Below, piece by piece: positions 1 through 12,960 of a DNA stretch of 64,000 nucleotides. The translations under genes were made by a program, and so were the position numbers. The notes under the pieces were generated by a model. It was not told the DNA's origin, searched no databases, and saw only the letters and a list, made by a program, of their open reading frames with translations. Each line of letters begins with the position of its first letter. Positions within the stretch are counted from its first letter, which is position 1. Origin of the DNA: Octopus bimaculoides (taxonomy: Eukaryota); the NCBI RefSeq assembly GCF_001194135.2, contig NC_068982.1:148499774-148563773 (forward strand), written 5' to 3'.

Positions 1-209
1 AGCGTGGCCGTTTTCGTGCGGGTGACACATAAAAGCACCCACTACACTCTCTGAGTGGTTGGCGTTAGGAAGGGCATCCAGCTGTAGAAACTCTGCCAAA
101 TTAGACTGGAGCCTGGTGTTGCCATCCGGTTTCACCAGTCCTCAGTGAAATCGTCCAACCCATGCTAGCATGGAAAGCGGACGTTAAACGATGATGATGA
201 TGATGATGA
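1..209 (+). mobile_element. RTE-type LINE 3' UTR fragment (family A), 5' truncated at window edge
   Basis: Ends ...catgctagcatggaaagcggacgttaaac(gat)n. The same sequence is contiguous with RTE ORF ends at 38065-38570, 20600-20937 and 52840-53125. Confidence 0.85.
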
Positions 210-558
210 TATATATATACATATATGTATATATATATATATATATATATTGTAAAATTGCCAAAAGGAATACAATGAATTTGGCATGGAAAATGGAAAA
301 TCCAACATTTTGGACAGAATCATTCTTCAAAAGAGAGTTGACAGCTACAGGAGACAGCAGAGTGTTACATCCTGTTACTTAGCAATACTGGCTCACTGTA
401 TGCATCTTGTTTATTTCATTAAATAACATGTCTTACTGATGCAGACCAACACCAATGTTTTTGCAGTCTGTCTGATCATGCATGCATACATACATACATG
501 CATGCATATAAATACATACATAAATGCATACATAGAACTACATGCTTATAAATACATA

Positions 559-626
<68 letters not shown>

Positions 627-837
627 TAAATTAATCACAAAACAGATATTGTGAATGCATTTAATACATATGTTTCAAGAGTTTAGGTAACATACTGATA
701 TGCAGAAATTATCTTCTTCAGTCATTGCAACAAAAACAAATTTGCCCCTAATGTAGAGAATGAGAGAAAAAGAAAAAAGAGACTATAGTTGTATGAGTAG
801 CCAAGAAAGGGGAGGGGCAAGTGAAAGAAAAAGAATG

Positions 838-856
838 ATCATCATCGTCATCATCC

Positions 857-888
<32 letters not shown>

Positions 889-1270
889 GTCATCGTTTAA
901 CGTCCGCTTTCCATGCTAGCATGGGTTGGATGATTTGACTGAGGACTGTTGAACCAAATGGCTGCACCAAGCTCCAATCTGATTTGGCAGAGTTTCTACA
1001 GCTGGATGCCCTTCCTAATGCCAACCACTCCAAGAGTGTAGTCAGTGCTTTTACATGCCACCGGCATGAAGGCCAGTCAGGCGGTACTGGCAATAGCCAC
1101 GCTCAAAATGGTGTATTTTACATGCCACCTGCACAGGAGCCAGTCCATCGGCACTGGCAATGATCTCACTCAAATGTCTTTTCACGTGCCACCGGCACAA
1201 GTGCCAGGAAGGCGATGCTGGTAACGATCACACTCAAATGGTGCTCTTAGTGCTCCACTGGTACAGGTGC
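838..1270 (-). mobile_element. RTE-type LINE 3' end (family A) with about four internal ~65-bp repeat units
   Basis: (cat)n tail, then gtttaacgtccgctttccatgctagcatggg and ctggatgcccttcctaatgccaacc, followed by repeated gccagt...actggc units. Confidence 0.85.
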
Positions 1271-1810
1271 CATCATGATTATATTGAATTAAACAGCCAA
1301 TAATGAGGTAATTTATATTCAAGCTAAGAAACATAATCCCTCTATTGATAAATTGTTAAGGAAATTAAAGAATCACTGATATTTTTCACTGGATTATAAT
1401 GTTTTTAAATTTAAGAAAGTCTAATGCTCCACTATTAGACTGTAAGGTCATAAATTGAACTACAGCTGAATATTTATGCCTTTTAGATATAATGTAGACT
1501 TAATTGTTAGCATTTTCTTATTAATAAATCACAAAAGTAAAATGTAAAAACAAAACATTAATGTAACTACTATTGACAATTCTTTAAAATTTTGGCACAA
1601 GGGGCTGCAATTTTAGTAAGGAGAGGTTAATCACTTACATCAGACGACAGTACTTGACTAGTTCTTTATTTTGTCAGCCCCAAAAGAACGAAAGGAAAAG
1701 ATGACCTCCAAATGGTAAGAGCTGAAAGAAACACCTCCAGGCAATTTATGTCAGGTGCTAATGTTTCTGCTGACATGTCAGTTTAATGAATAGTTATAAT
1801 AATACTAATA

Positions 1811-2778
1811 CATCATCATCATCATCATCATCATCATCGTTTAACGTCCTCTTTCCATGCTAGCATGGGTTGGACGATTTGACTGAGGACTGGTGAAACC
1901 GGATGGCAACACCAGCCTCCAATCTGATTTGGCAGAGTTTCTACAGCTGGATGCCCTTCCTAACGCCAACCACTCAGAGAGTGTAGTGGGTGATTTTACG
2001 TGTCACCCGCACGAAGGCCAGTCAGGCGGTACTGGCAATGGCCATGCTCAAAATGGTGTATTCTATGTGCCACCCGCACAGGAGCCAGTCCAGGGGCACT
2101 GGCAACGATCTCGCTTGAAAATCCTACGAAGGCCAGTCAGGCGGTACTGGCAACAACCACGCTCAAAATGGTGTATTTTATGTGCCNNNNNNNNNNNNNN
2201 NNNNNNNNNNNNNNNNNNNNNNNNNNNNNNNNNNNNNNNNNNNNNNNNNNNNNNNNNNNNNNNNNNNNNNNNNNNNNNNNNNNNNNNNNNNNNNNNNNNN
2301 NNNNNNNNNNNNNNNNNNNNNNNNNNNNNNNNNNNNNNNNNNNNNNNNNNNNNNNNNNNNNNNNNNNNNNNNNNNNNNNNNNNNNNNNNNNNNNNNNNNN
2401 NNNNNNNNNNNNNNNNNNNNNNNNNNNNNNNNNNNNNNNNNNNNNNNNNNNNNNNNNNNNNNNNNNNNNNNNNNNNNNNNNNNNNNNNNNNNNNNNNNNN
2501 NNNNNNNNNNNNNNNNNNNNNNNNNNNNNNNNNNNNNNNNGTCAGGCGGTACTGGCAACAACCACGCTCAAAATGGTGTATTTTATGTGCCACCCGCACA
2601 AGAGCCAGTCCAGGGGCACTGGCAACGATCTCGCTTGAAAATCCTACGAAGGCCAGTCAGGCGGTACTGGCAACAACCACGCTCAAAATGGTGTATTTTA
2701 TGTGCCTCCTGCAAAAGAGCCAGTCCAGGGGCACTGGCAACGATCTCGTTCGAAAATCCTTACACATGTCACGGGCAT
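1811..2778 (-). mobile_element. RTE-type LINE 3' end (family A) with expanded internal array, interrupted by N gap 2187-2540
   Basis: Same family motifs; the unit ggccagtcaggcggtactggcaacaaccacgctcaaaatggtg recurs on both sides of the gap. Confidence 0.8.
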
Positions 2779-3857
2779 AAAAATAATATGCATAAAATTA
2801 AATCAATAATAATGATAATAATAACAATATCAATGATAATAATAATGATGATAATATTCATAATACAAAAAGCAATAATAGTAATAATTTTAATAATAGT
2901 AATGATGATAATGATATTAATGATTACATGATTAGTGATATTAAATGGAAATTGCTAAAATTACTATTGATACTGATATAAACTGACAGTAATAATGAAT
3001 ATTGTCAACTTAAAGTAACAATGTTGACAACAATAGTAATAATAGTAACATCAATACTGGTAGAATTAGTGTGTCAAAATTTTGGTTATAAGGTCAGTGC
3101 ATTTGAGGGGAAGGTGTTGACTGATATTATCATCCTCAGTACTGGACTACTACTTAATGTTATTTTTATTTAATTTGGGTGAAAAATATCTAAAACTTTA
3201 GCTAACAGTTTCTTATATAAAACAAAAAATGAGCGGTATTTTTCGACTTTTGCATGACTCGCTTGATTTGACTCATACATGCCCATTGTTTATTCTTTAA
3301 TTTGGAAAGTGAAGTTATAGGCTCTCATATTCCAAAGAAAGTGTTTAGAATCTAGATGGTCTTCAAAGGTTTGGCACTGACTTGTAAATGAAGCAAGCCA
3401 TTTACTCCTCACGGTAGGTTGTGTTAATCTTCCAACAAATGCCCGTTGTTAAAGTCAAGCAGTTTTTTCATTTCAATGCACAGCTTCCCAGATGCCTCAG
3501 GTAATTTCATATTGCAATTAAACATGTTTCTTATAGATTGCCTTCATGTCCATAGAAATGTCATGTATGCTTTTTGTACCGATTCTTCAGCCATCCAGTC
3601 AATTAAATGGCATTCTCAATGATAATTTTCCATATTTTCACATTTTAGTGCCTGCAAATATCTGCAAATAAAACATGTTACTTTTTGAATACCAGCTCAT
3701 TTTTGATTTAACACCTTGATTACGTCAAATAATGTTCAATTTTAAGTTTTATCATTTGTATTGTCCATTTGTGCTCAAGAATAAGTGTAACACATGCAGA
3801 GTGAAAGTGTGTTATAGTCAAGAAGCAAAGTGTGTGTGTGTGTGTGTGTATGTGTGT

Positions 3858-3889
<32 letters not shown>

Positions 3890-5132
3890 ATTGATATACT
3901 GGCTTGTAGATAATTAAGTACATAGTTGTGCCTTCAATACATATTGATTTTTAACAAAAACAAAACTCAAGGTTTCACATCTAGAAGAAATGTTATAGTC
4001 AATTATAAAGACCCCCAATACTTCATTTATTTTAATTTTATCACCCATGAAAGATGTAAGGCAAACTTGGTCCTGGCACAATTCAAAATCAATATATATA
4101 TATTAAAACTGGATGAAAACTGAAAACATCTCGTGTACTAACACTTAAGTAGTAAGTGAAATAGTTAAGCGAAAAGCAGAAACTCTAATAGCTTTTACAT
4201 ATTTTGACAGGTCTTCTAATGGGCATGATTTATAGCTTGTGAGCTGGGAATATTTAGTTAAGCCTTATATAACATAACACTTTCAGTGTTGTGCTTAGGA
4301 CTTTTATTACATGTGTTTGTGTACTTTCTTTTAATGACTTTAAAAACAAATGGAAGTCTATAATCTAGTTATGCAATCAACCTGATCTCTAAATTCTTAA
4401 TATTTCTTTCTAGACATTCTCTTTCCTCCAAATTACTGGTTTTCAACTTTTGTTTTTCCCTCACTTAAGAGCGAACGAAAATATTTCAGTGTACTTTAAT
4501 GTAAAAGTTAAGAATGTATTTACAAAACGTGGCATGTATGTATGTATGTATGTATGTAATCGTCATCGTCGTCGTCATCGTCATCATCATTATCACATCA
4601 ACAACATCACCATCAACAACAACAACAATTACCATTTTAATGGCACATTTTGAACGTTCCTAACCTATCTTACTCATTTCAAATATATATTTCAATTGTT
4701 ACACATTTCAAATATATGTCACCTTTTCTGGGAAGGCCAACGTCTGCAAACAGCTTTTTGTTACTTCTCACATCTTCCTTGAGCTTCTGGTCTATCACTG
4801 TCAGCCTGTGCTAACTTTGTCCACCACAGCTGTCTAGCTGTCAACTATTTGCATTATCTAATCCTTCAGCTTAAAACAGATGATTATTCCAGAAGTCAAA
4901 TGTCGATGTTGTTGTTACTTAGCTCAATATCAGTCCAGATGAAGCAGACCTATAGTTGAATCATTCCTGATTATACAGAAAAATGTTTGTCTCTTTTATC
5001 CAAGACTAAATTAACCAACGTGTCCATTCCTTTTCTTGAGGCAGTAAGATATAATTGAAAGAAATTAGATTACTAAATGTAGTGGGCAGAGCAACATCTA
5101 AAACTAATAACACTGCTACTAATAATAATAAT

Positions 5133-5337
5133 CATCATCACTATCATCATCATCATCATCATCATCACCATTTAACGTCTGCTCTCCATGCTGGCATGGG
5201 TTGGACAGTTTGACTGAGGACTGGCAAGCCAGGAGGCTGCACCAGGCTCCAATCTGATCTGGCAAGGTTTCTGCAGTTGAATGCCCTTCCTAACGCCGAC
5301 CACTCCAAGAGTGTAGTGGGTGCTTTTTATGATCCTC
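5133..5337 (-). mobile_element. RTE-type LINE 3' end (family A)
   Basis: (cat)n tail plus tttaacgtctgctctccatgctggcatggg ... atgcccttcctaacgccgaccactcc. Confidence 0.8.
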
Positions 5338-6079
5338 GCCCAGACTAGTGCCAAATTTTGAAACCAATAAGAATAATTATTACTTCTGACTTGAGTTCAA
5401 GGCTACAAATTCAGTGCAAAGAATAACTGGTAATATCACATCTTGTATTTGACTGAATTTGTTTTTATCAATGCCTGAATTGTGAAAAGCAAAAGTACAC
5501 CTGTAGGGTTTTAAACTCACAGCTTAAATGGATGTAATAAATAGTGCAAAGTGTTTTTGTCTGGTGCACGACTAATACTGACCAACCATTGCTTATTGAG
5601 CTCTGGCACTTCATATTTAACTAAGACATCTGATACATTTTTTTTTTTTTTGAGCTTCTAGAAATGTGTTTTTTTTTAAACTGATTTATCAAAGATGAAA
5701 CTAATCACTGAAAATGTGAATATGACATATTGCTTGTATCTGTGGTTCTAAGAAAAAAAAAACTTTTTAAGTAAGAGAGAGACAATTTGCTTGAATTTGT
5801 CCCCAGCTGTTTTAGCATAATCAAGTGTGTACTCTTGATCTGTTTGAGGAATTCAAGAGCTTTTCCTATTTACCTATGGCTATAATCATTTTCAGTGTAT
5901 GTCAGTGTACATCTAAGATGCCATTCTAATGAATTCCCCATTGTTACTATTATCATTATTACTATTTTTATTGGTGTTTTTTAACACAACTTCACTGGAG
6001 AATGTAACCAGGTATCAGCTGTCTACAAATGAACTAAAGTAATGTTTTTCATTCAAGTTTCAACACTACAGAGGTTGAG

Positions 6080-6300
6080 ATTTATATCATTCCAAATAGC
6101 ATTGTCTTCTGTAGACACTTTATCTTCACATTAACTCTCTTTACAATCCAGTTTGTGAGCTTGGTATTTATGATATCCAGGGCTCCAACAACATGTATAA
6201 CACTCTCCTTCCAATGATCACAGTATTTTATTTCCCACTTCAAGTCACCATGTCTCACCTGCTTCTTGTCTCCTTTTCCCAATACTCTGTCATCACCAGA
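6080..6300 (-). mobile_element. Degenerate C-terminus of a restriction-like-endonuclease (R4/Dong/NeSL-like) LINE
   Basis: Translation DDRVLGKGDKK..HGDLKWEIK..W..SVIHVVGALDII..LTNW..CLQKTMLFG matches the K..KY.DL..E / V.P.V.GALG / LQK..L.G pattern. Confidence 0.55.
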
Positions 6301-6309
6301 GCATGTAAT

Positions 6310-6745
6310 GATAATGTGGCAAGCTGGCAGAATTGTTAGCATGCCGGACAAAATAGTTGTCTGTCATTACATTCTGAGTTCAAATTCAGCTAGTCAACAT
6401 TGCCTTTCATTTTTACAAGGTTGATAAAATATGCACCAGATGAGAACTGGTGAGTGGGGTGGGTTAACGTAATGGACCCCTTCCTCCCCCTAAATTGTTA
6501 GCCTTATCCCAAAATTTGAGGAAAAGAGACAAGCTGGCAGAATCGCTAGCATGCCAGGCAAAATGCATTGCAGCATTTCATCCATCCTTACATTCTGAGT
6601 TCAAATTCGGCTGAGGTTGATTTTGCCTTTCATCCTTTGGAGTTTGATAAAATAAGTACCAGTTGAGTACTGGGATCGAGGTAATTGTTTAATCCCCTCA
6701 CCCTAAATTTCAGGCCTTGTGCCTTTAGTAGAAAGGATAATTAAT
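6310..6745 (+). mobile_element. Two tandem tRNA-derived SINE copies (family B)
   Basis: gagctggcagaat.gttagcatgcc.g.caaaat...ttctgagttcaaattc...gcctttcatcc...gataaaataagtaccag motif occurs twice. Confidence 0.75.
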
Positions 6746-6835
6746 ATTATAGATCATCATTATCATCATCATTATTATTGTTGTTGTTGATACACCACTG
6801 CATGCTGATTTAGTTAGCAGGTATTCTATCTTAAG

Positions 6836-7160
6836 GTTTGGTGATGGCAAGTCTCCTCAAATCTTAAGAATCTTCCTTGGGATTCTGGCAGAATATTGGA
6901 TAATACTTTTCTGCAGATCAACATTGTGAATTTCAATTCTAATCTCTCTCAGTCTGTAAGATAGCATTTTGGGTGTTGTACCAATCACTACTGGAATAAC
7001 TCTTACCTTGGTCTTCCACAGTCTCCTTAGTTCTCTGTCTACATCCTGATATTTCTCAATTTTTTCAATTTCTTTGGTATAAACTCTGCTATTAGAGGGA
7101 ATTTCAAAATCTAAGAAAGCTGTTCTTATAACATCTGCAGAATATATCAATAAGAACACT
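6836..7160 (-). mobile_element. R4/Dong-like RLE LINE 3' fragment
   Basis: DFEIPSNSRVYTKEIEKIEKYQDVDRELRRLWKTKVRVIPVVIGTT...DLQKSIIQYSARIPRKILKI* resembles the ORF end at 28232-28471. Confidence 0.8.
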
Positions 7161-7199
7161 TAAAGGAATAAACTGGGTCCAGACCACATGCTAACAAAC

Positions 7200-7390
7200 A
7201 CAAGCAACCAAGTTTACTCTGTCTGCTAGAAATGATAGATCTCCTTCAAACCACACTCTTAAAAGAAGAAAGGACTAACATATTCCTTAATGGGCTATAT
7301 CTGAAAGACAAGATGAGATAGTCATGAATTAAATCACTCTGAAATTAAGTCTGCTTGATCAGGGAGGAACCAAAAGCTAATCAAGAGCCC
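7200..7390 (+). repeat. Interspersed repeat family D (gctagaaatagcagccaaatc...ggacacattgg...tgatcagggctg)
   Basis: Recurs at about 4900-5100(-), 23000-23170, 31710-31900, 33120-33250, 33587-33680(-), 42550-42790 and 54370-54520. Confidence 0.6.
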
Positions 7391-8499
7391 AGGGGAAGAC
7401 TACCAGTTTTCTTTCTCTTCAAATTCATGTAAGCCACTTATGGAGATATTTAAGCAAATATCCTTCATCCTAACTACTGAAGTTATCCCAAAAGTAAGGG
7501 CCTGAATATCAACTATTTTTGTCTTGGCAATAGTTACTTCATCTTCAGCATATAACCTGAGATATTTTAACAGACAAGCAGTGCTGTTAGAGAGGATGCT
7601 TGCCATGATATTTACTAAGCATCACAGTTAGAAAGACAAATGAGATAACTTTTATAAAGGGCCATTGTATGTCAAACAGCAGTTTGCCTAATGCACATTT
7701 TAACAAAAAAAAACAAAAAAACCTTCCATATTCAGTGAGTTTTGTGGTACTTGATAATACTATAATTTTTTAAAACTTTTTCTACATATACTACTTGGGG
7801 GCTTGACTTGGCAGTCTATAATATTTCTAGCACTGGCACTTTAAAAAAACTAACTTGTAATTTGCAAAGAAATACTAAATGAAACTTCCTATATACTGAA
7901 AGACTCCTTTTGTAAAAGTTTGAATAGCTAATACTTTATCTCTGACATCTGCTCCTTAATACCTGTAAGGAATTTTCTTTGCAATGAATTTTTTGCAAGA
8001 TGCTGATATTACTTGTATCAAAAATTCTATAATTTTTTTTTTTTTTTCCTTTGGGAAAAGAGTTTCAGCTCTTCTCTACACAATTTCCATTCCTTTTTAT
8101 TCTTTGAAATCTAACCTCTATCACAAATTCCCCCCTGGCTTTCCTAAACATTAGGAATCTTAAGTGGTGTGAGTCATTCCAATTGTGAACAGATTTCCCC
8201 AGAGGTTCTTTAATGATGTTTTTTCTATTCTTCCTTACATCTTACACTGTTTCATTTACACCATTCTTCAAGCTTAAATCTCATTCCACCAGATATAGTA
8301 TCAAGTGCAATGCAATAGTAGTTGGTTTCCGAACAGGAAGAGGAATGTCCATCAGCTGCTTTTTCTGGTATGATTTCTACTACTATAGTTGCATTTCATT
8401 TCATTGAAATCTGAGATAACAGAAGAAATAAGTTAATTTCTTTATCTTCTGTTTTTTGTTTGGTTTCTTTTTCATGCAGCACCAGACATGGTTTAGGTA

Positions 8500-8660
8500 C
8501 AGGCATAGTTGTGAGGTCAACAAGTTTGCTTCATACCCACATGGCTACAGGTTCAGTCCTACTGTGTGGCACCTTGGACAGATGTCTTCTACAATAGCCC
8601 TGGGCTGAACAATACTTTGTGAGTGGATTTAGTAGACAGAAACTGGAAGAAGTTTAACAT
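8500..8660 (+). mobile_element. tRNA/CORE-like SINE (family C) 5' part
   Basis: ggcatagttgtgaggtcaacaagtttgct...gttcagtcctactgtgtggcaccttggacagatgtcttctacaatagcc; gcaccttgggcaagtgtc resembles the CORE-SINE box. Confidence 0.7.
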
Positions 8661-8695
8661 AAATATGGATGTATTTTATTTACTTTATTTATGTT

Positions 8696-8885
8696 ATTTA
8701 CATCTGACGGATATTTGTCTTCACTTTATTTGTTGATAACACGTTTCGGCTGATATACCCACCAGACTTCAAATATCCGTCAAATGTAGATAATGTAAAT
8801 AACGTACATAATTCCTCATCTCTTAAATATAGAACTGGTTTCTAACCTAGGTTCAAGGCTCCTTCATTGGAATTTCAACATCAAC
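8696..8885. mobile_element. Short inverted-repeat Penelope-like terminal element
   Basis: 21-bp inverted arms 8696-8716 / 8771-8791 (2 mismatches) enclose acgtttcggctgatataccc (minus strand: ...cagccGAAACgt). Confidence 0.5.
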
Positions 8886-8900
8886 AACAGGGTATGTATG

Positions 8901-8934
<34 letters not shown>

Positions 8935-9334
8935 TGCGTGTATGTATGTATGTCTGCATACATGTATGTATGCATGTATGCATGTATGTGTAGATTTTTA
9001 TGTTTTATGTATGTATTCTCATGCATATAGCTGCATATCTAGACATGTTCATATATATTTAAATGATAAACTTCTGGAAAGTTTTACAGATTTTTACAGT
9101 TCCAGTGATGGATTGGATCTGTAGTCTTCAAATTAGCTTTCTTCTTTCTGGCTTTGAGAAGCTCAATTTCTTAAGATTGGTATTTAGGAAGTATGTTACA
9201 TATCCCGGCCCCAATATGTATGTATGTATGCATGTATGTATGTATGCATGTATGTATGTATNNNNNNNNNNGTATGTATGTATGCATGTATGTATGTATG
9301 CATGTATGTATGTATGTTTGTTTGTATGCATGTG

Positions 9335-9640
9335 AAGGCGCATGGCTTAGTGGTTAGGGCATTCAGCTCATGATCATAATGTCATGAGTTCAATTCCCAG
9401 CAATACGTTATGTCCTTGACTGTTGCTTCAGTCCATTCAGCTGGCAAAAATGAGTAGTACCTGTATATCAAAGGGCTAGCCTTGTCACACTCTGTGTCAT
9501 GATGAATCTCCCTGAGAATTACATTAAGGATACATATGTTTGTAGAGTGCTCAACCACTTGCATGTTAATTTCATGAGCAGACTGTTCCATTGATCGGAT
9601 CAACTGGAACCCTCATTGTTGTAAATGACAGAGTGCCAGT
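9335..9640 (+). mobile_element. tRNA-derived SINE (family E)
   Basis: A-box-like tggcttagtggttag and B-box-like gagttcaattccc, with tail aactggaaccctc...gacagagtgcca, between (ATGT)n tracts. Confidence 0.65.
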
Positions 9641-10632
9641 ATGTATGTATGTATGTATGTATGTATGTATGTATGTATGTATGCATGTATGTATGTATGC
9701 TTGTGTGTGTGTGTGTGTGTGTGTGTGTGTCTTTGTATTCGTATTAATCTTCCCTTACTACAACTTGACAACTTGTATTGGTTTGTTTACATCACTGTAA
9801 CTTGAATATTTGGCAAAAAGTGACTAATAGAATAATTTTAAGAAATGTACTGTGGTCAGTTTATTCAACAAAACCCTTTAAGATGGTGCTTCAGCATGGC
9901 CACAGTCTATTGACTGAAGTAAAAATGTATATACATATGTATATATGTATTATATAAATATATGTATATATCTTAATTATTGTGTTCTCTTTCTTGTTAA
10001 TTTTAAAGTAAATTTTGACTAGCCACCTAATTAGTAGCAAGGTTGTGAAGGAAAGTAACTTGTTAACCATCATTCTTTAAAACTTCAGAAGGTCTTGAAG
10101 ATTTTTATAGTCTCAGATATCATGATCATTTGTAGCATATGAATAAAGAACTTGCATGCTCTCCACAAAATACCAAGTTCAGCCATACTTTGAATGGAGG
10201 CAATACAAGCAGAAGACAAGAGGAACAAGACCTATTATCCAGCAGAATATTCAATATATATGTGTACTTTCTTCCACATTAATAAAGCAATAATAGAAGT
10301 ATTAAAAACATACATGCATATAAACATACATGTTTAATAAATGATAGAAGTATTAAAAACAAACAAGCATATAAACATATAAATATTTAAAAACATGCTA
10401 ATATTTAAAAATATTTCAAATATTTAAAAATACGTAGGCATTTAAAAAAATATATAAATACATAAATAAATATAAAAACCATCTGGTGGATATTAGGTCA
10501 TGTTCCTCTAGTTTTCTGCTGGTATTGCCTTCATTCAAATTATAAATTGGAACTTAGCTCAATTTGAGCACTTCGAGTCTAGCCTGTTTCTGAGTATTGT
10601 TAATGTTAATAATCTCTATATAAAATAGTATA

Positions 10633-10692
<60 letters not shown>

Positions 10693-11279
10693 GCATGCAT
10701 GGATGGATGGATGGATGAAACTAAGTATAGGCTACAATACTTGAGTTGGGGAGCAGAAAATGTTTAAATGATTGACATCACAGCTCTAATGAAAGAAAAG
10801 TCATTAGTGTTAATGACAACTTATTTCAGATGAGGCAAGGGAGAGAATCTCAAAGTTTCAATCAAACCATTTTAATGACAATAAGCAGAGGGCACCATTG
10901 AGAAATTTCCCAATACCACTATTTTAATTTGTCTAATCATTACTTTAATTTGCTAATTTTCTAGTGTCATTATTTTAATTCACCTCATTGTTCTTCATAC
11001 AACAGACTAATTCTATTAGTCACTCTGGGATCTGGTAGCCATTGAGTGCATATACTCTGTTGAGGATATCCAAAACAACCAAAACGTGTCTGGAGTTATC
11101 ACCATGACAACCAAAAGTTAGACTCATTCTCCTTACCCATACATATTTCCATTAAAATTAATTTTTGAAAACTGCAACATCAGTTATCTCTCATTATCAC
11201 TATGAGAATAAATCATCATTTTTCTCATTACAGTTACATTGTTCTGCATTTGTAGTATTATTATTATTATTAATCTTAT

Positions 11280-11395
11280 GGTAGTGAGCAGGTAGAAATG
11301 TTAGCACGCCGGGCAAAATGCTTAACAGTATTTCGTCTGCCTTTACGTTCTGAGTTCAAATTCCTCCGCGGTCGACTTTGCCTTTCATCATTTAA
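11280..11395 (+). mobile_element. SINE family B, 5' part
   Basis: gttagcacgccgggcaaaatgcttaacagtatttcgtctgcc...gagttcaaattcctccgcggtcgactttgcctttcatc. Confidence 0.8.
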
Positions 11396-11399
11396 ATAA

Positions 11400-12073
11400 A
11401 TAAAAATAAATGCACCTTTTAAAGCCTAGCCTCATTGACTCTCTCGTTGCTCACACATGACTCACTTCTACTTCCTTCCTAAAGACAAGACGTGCTTTTA
11501 TTTGTCTCTTCTCAAAGCTCGTTTTTCCAGCGTTCAACACTTCACATCGTCTTGGCTTAACAGCCCTCAACATTCGTTTTTACTGTTTGGTCCTCACCAT
11601 CCCGTTTTTGTTACCACTTTCACCCTCCGCAAAAAAACCCAAATTTTATTTAATTAGCTTTGCGGGAAGGACTGTTTTAACGAAGTCACATCTTGTCCTT
11701 ACTATCGAAACACAGAGCAGATAAAACAGGGTACAACTGATGAAGGGAATGTTCTTTATGTTGCCTGTCTCATTTCTTGGTTTGTTTGTTTGTTTTTTGT
11801 TCGAAAAATTTTCGTTTTCTATGTTTTTGTTTTTATGTTCTCATTTCTCATTCTGTCCATATTTTGTTGATGTCCTGTACCCATATATGCTTGTATATAT
11901 ACATATATATGGAAGTATGTACATATATGTATGGATATATGCACATATTTATATATTATCTATCTATCTATATCTATATACAAGAATAAGGGCAGAGAAT
12001 CGTCAATTAATAATAGAATTAATAATTAACAATTCTGCCAAGTAGTTCAGTATGAAAAAAACCTTTATCGGTA
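11400..12073 (+). mobile_element. Probable Penelope-like element 3' region running into N gap
   Basis: Pyrimidine-rich 3'UTR-like tract, then gggtacaaCTGATGA...GTCctgtaccc and (TA)-rich sequence; family assignment is inference. Confidence 0.4.
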
Positions 12074-12766
12074 NNNNNNNNNNNNNNNNNNNNNNNNNNN
12101 NNNNNNNNNNNNNNNNNNNNNNNNNNNNNNNNNNNNNNNNNNNNNNNNNNNNNNNNNNNNNNNNNNNNNNNNNNNNNNNNNNNNNNNNNNNNNNNNNNNN
12201 NNNNNNNNNNNNNNNNNNNNNNNNNNNNNNNNNNNNNNNNNNNNNNNNNNNNNNNNNNNNNNNNNNNNNNNNNNNNNNNNNNNNNNNNNNNNNNNNNNNN
12301 NNNNNNNNNNNNNNNNNNNNNNNNNNNNNNNNNNNNNNNNNNNNNNNNNNNNNNNNNNNNNNNNNNNNNNNNNNNNNNNNNNNNNNNNNNNNNNNNNNNN
12401 NNNNNNNNNNNNNNNNNNNNNNNNNNNNNNNNNNNNNNNNNNNNNNNNNNNNNNNNNNNNNNNNNNNNNNNNNNNNNNNNNNNNNNNNNNNNNNNNNNNN
12501 NNNNNNNNNNNNNNNNNNNNNNNNNNNNNNNNNNNNNNNNNNNNNNNNNNNNNNNNNNNNNNNNNNNNNNNNNNNNNNNNNNNNNNNNNNNNNNNNNNNN
12601 NNNNNNNNNNNNNNNNNNNNNNNNNNNNNNNNNNNNNNNNNNNNNNNNNNNNNNNNNNNNNNNNNNNNNNNNNNNNNNNNNNNNNNNNNNNNNNNNNNNN
12701 NNNNNNNNNNNNNNNNNNNNNNNNNNNNNNNNNNNNNNNNNNNNNNNNNNNNNNNNNNNNNNNNNN

Positions 12767-12810
<44 letters not shown>

Positions 12811-12814
12811 GCTT

Positions 12815-12960
12815 CTTTCAGTTTCTATCTTCTAAATCCTCTCACAAAACTTTAGTCAGGTCTATAATAGAAGACACTTGCCCAAGGTGCCACACAGTGG
12901 AGTGACACTGAACCATGTGGTTGGGAAGCAAACATTTTATCATACAGGCATTTCTGCACT
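12815..12960 (-). mobile_element. SINE family C 5' part
   Basis: ctataatagaagacacttgcccaaggtgccacacagtgg...gaaccatgtggttgggaagcaaac. Confidence 0.75.

Noticed and set aside
838-2778. CRISPR-like repeat-spacer array
   Set aside because: The sequence between repeats is homologous from unit to unit and belongs to an RTE 3' UTR; the context is eukaryotic.
1893-2931. 200-300 aa ORFs, likewise those at 12052, 13924, 23136, 34835, 39068 and 56471
   Set aside because: They are open only because they read through N gaps or repeat UTR sequence.
3170-3670. Terminal exon or Helitron/piggyBac remnant
   Set aside because: There is an acceptor-like site, but all frames close quickly and the motif resemblances were too short to support a call.
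7400-7606. 68-aa protein-like ORF
   Set aside because: No recognisable motif, no convincing donor and no linked exons.
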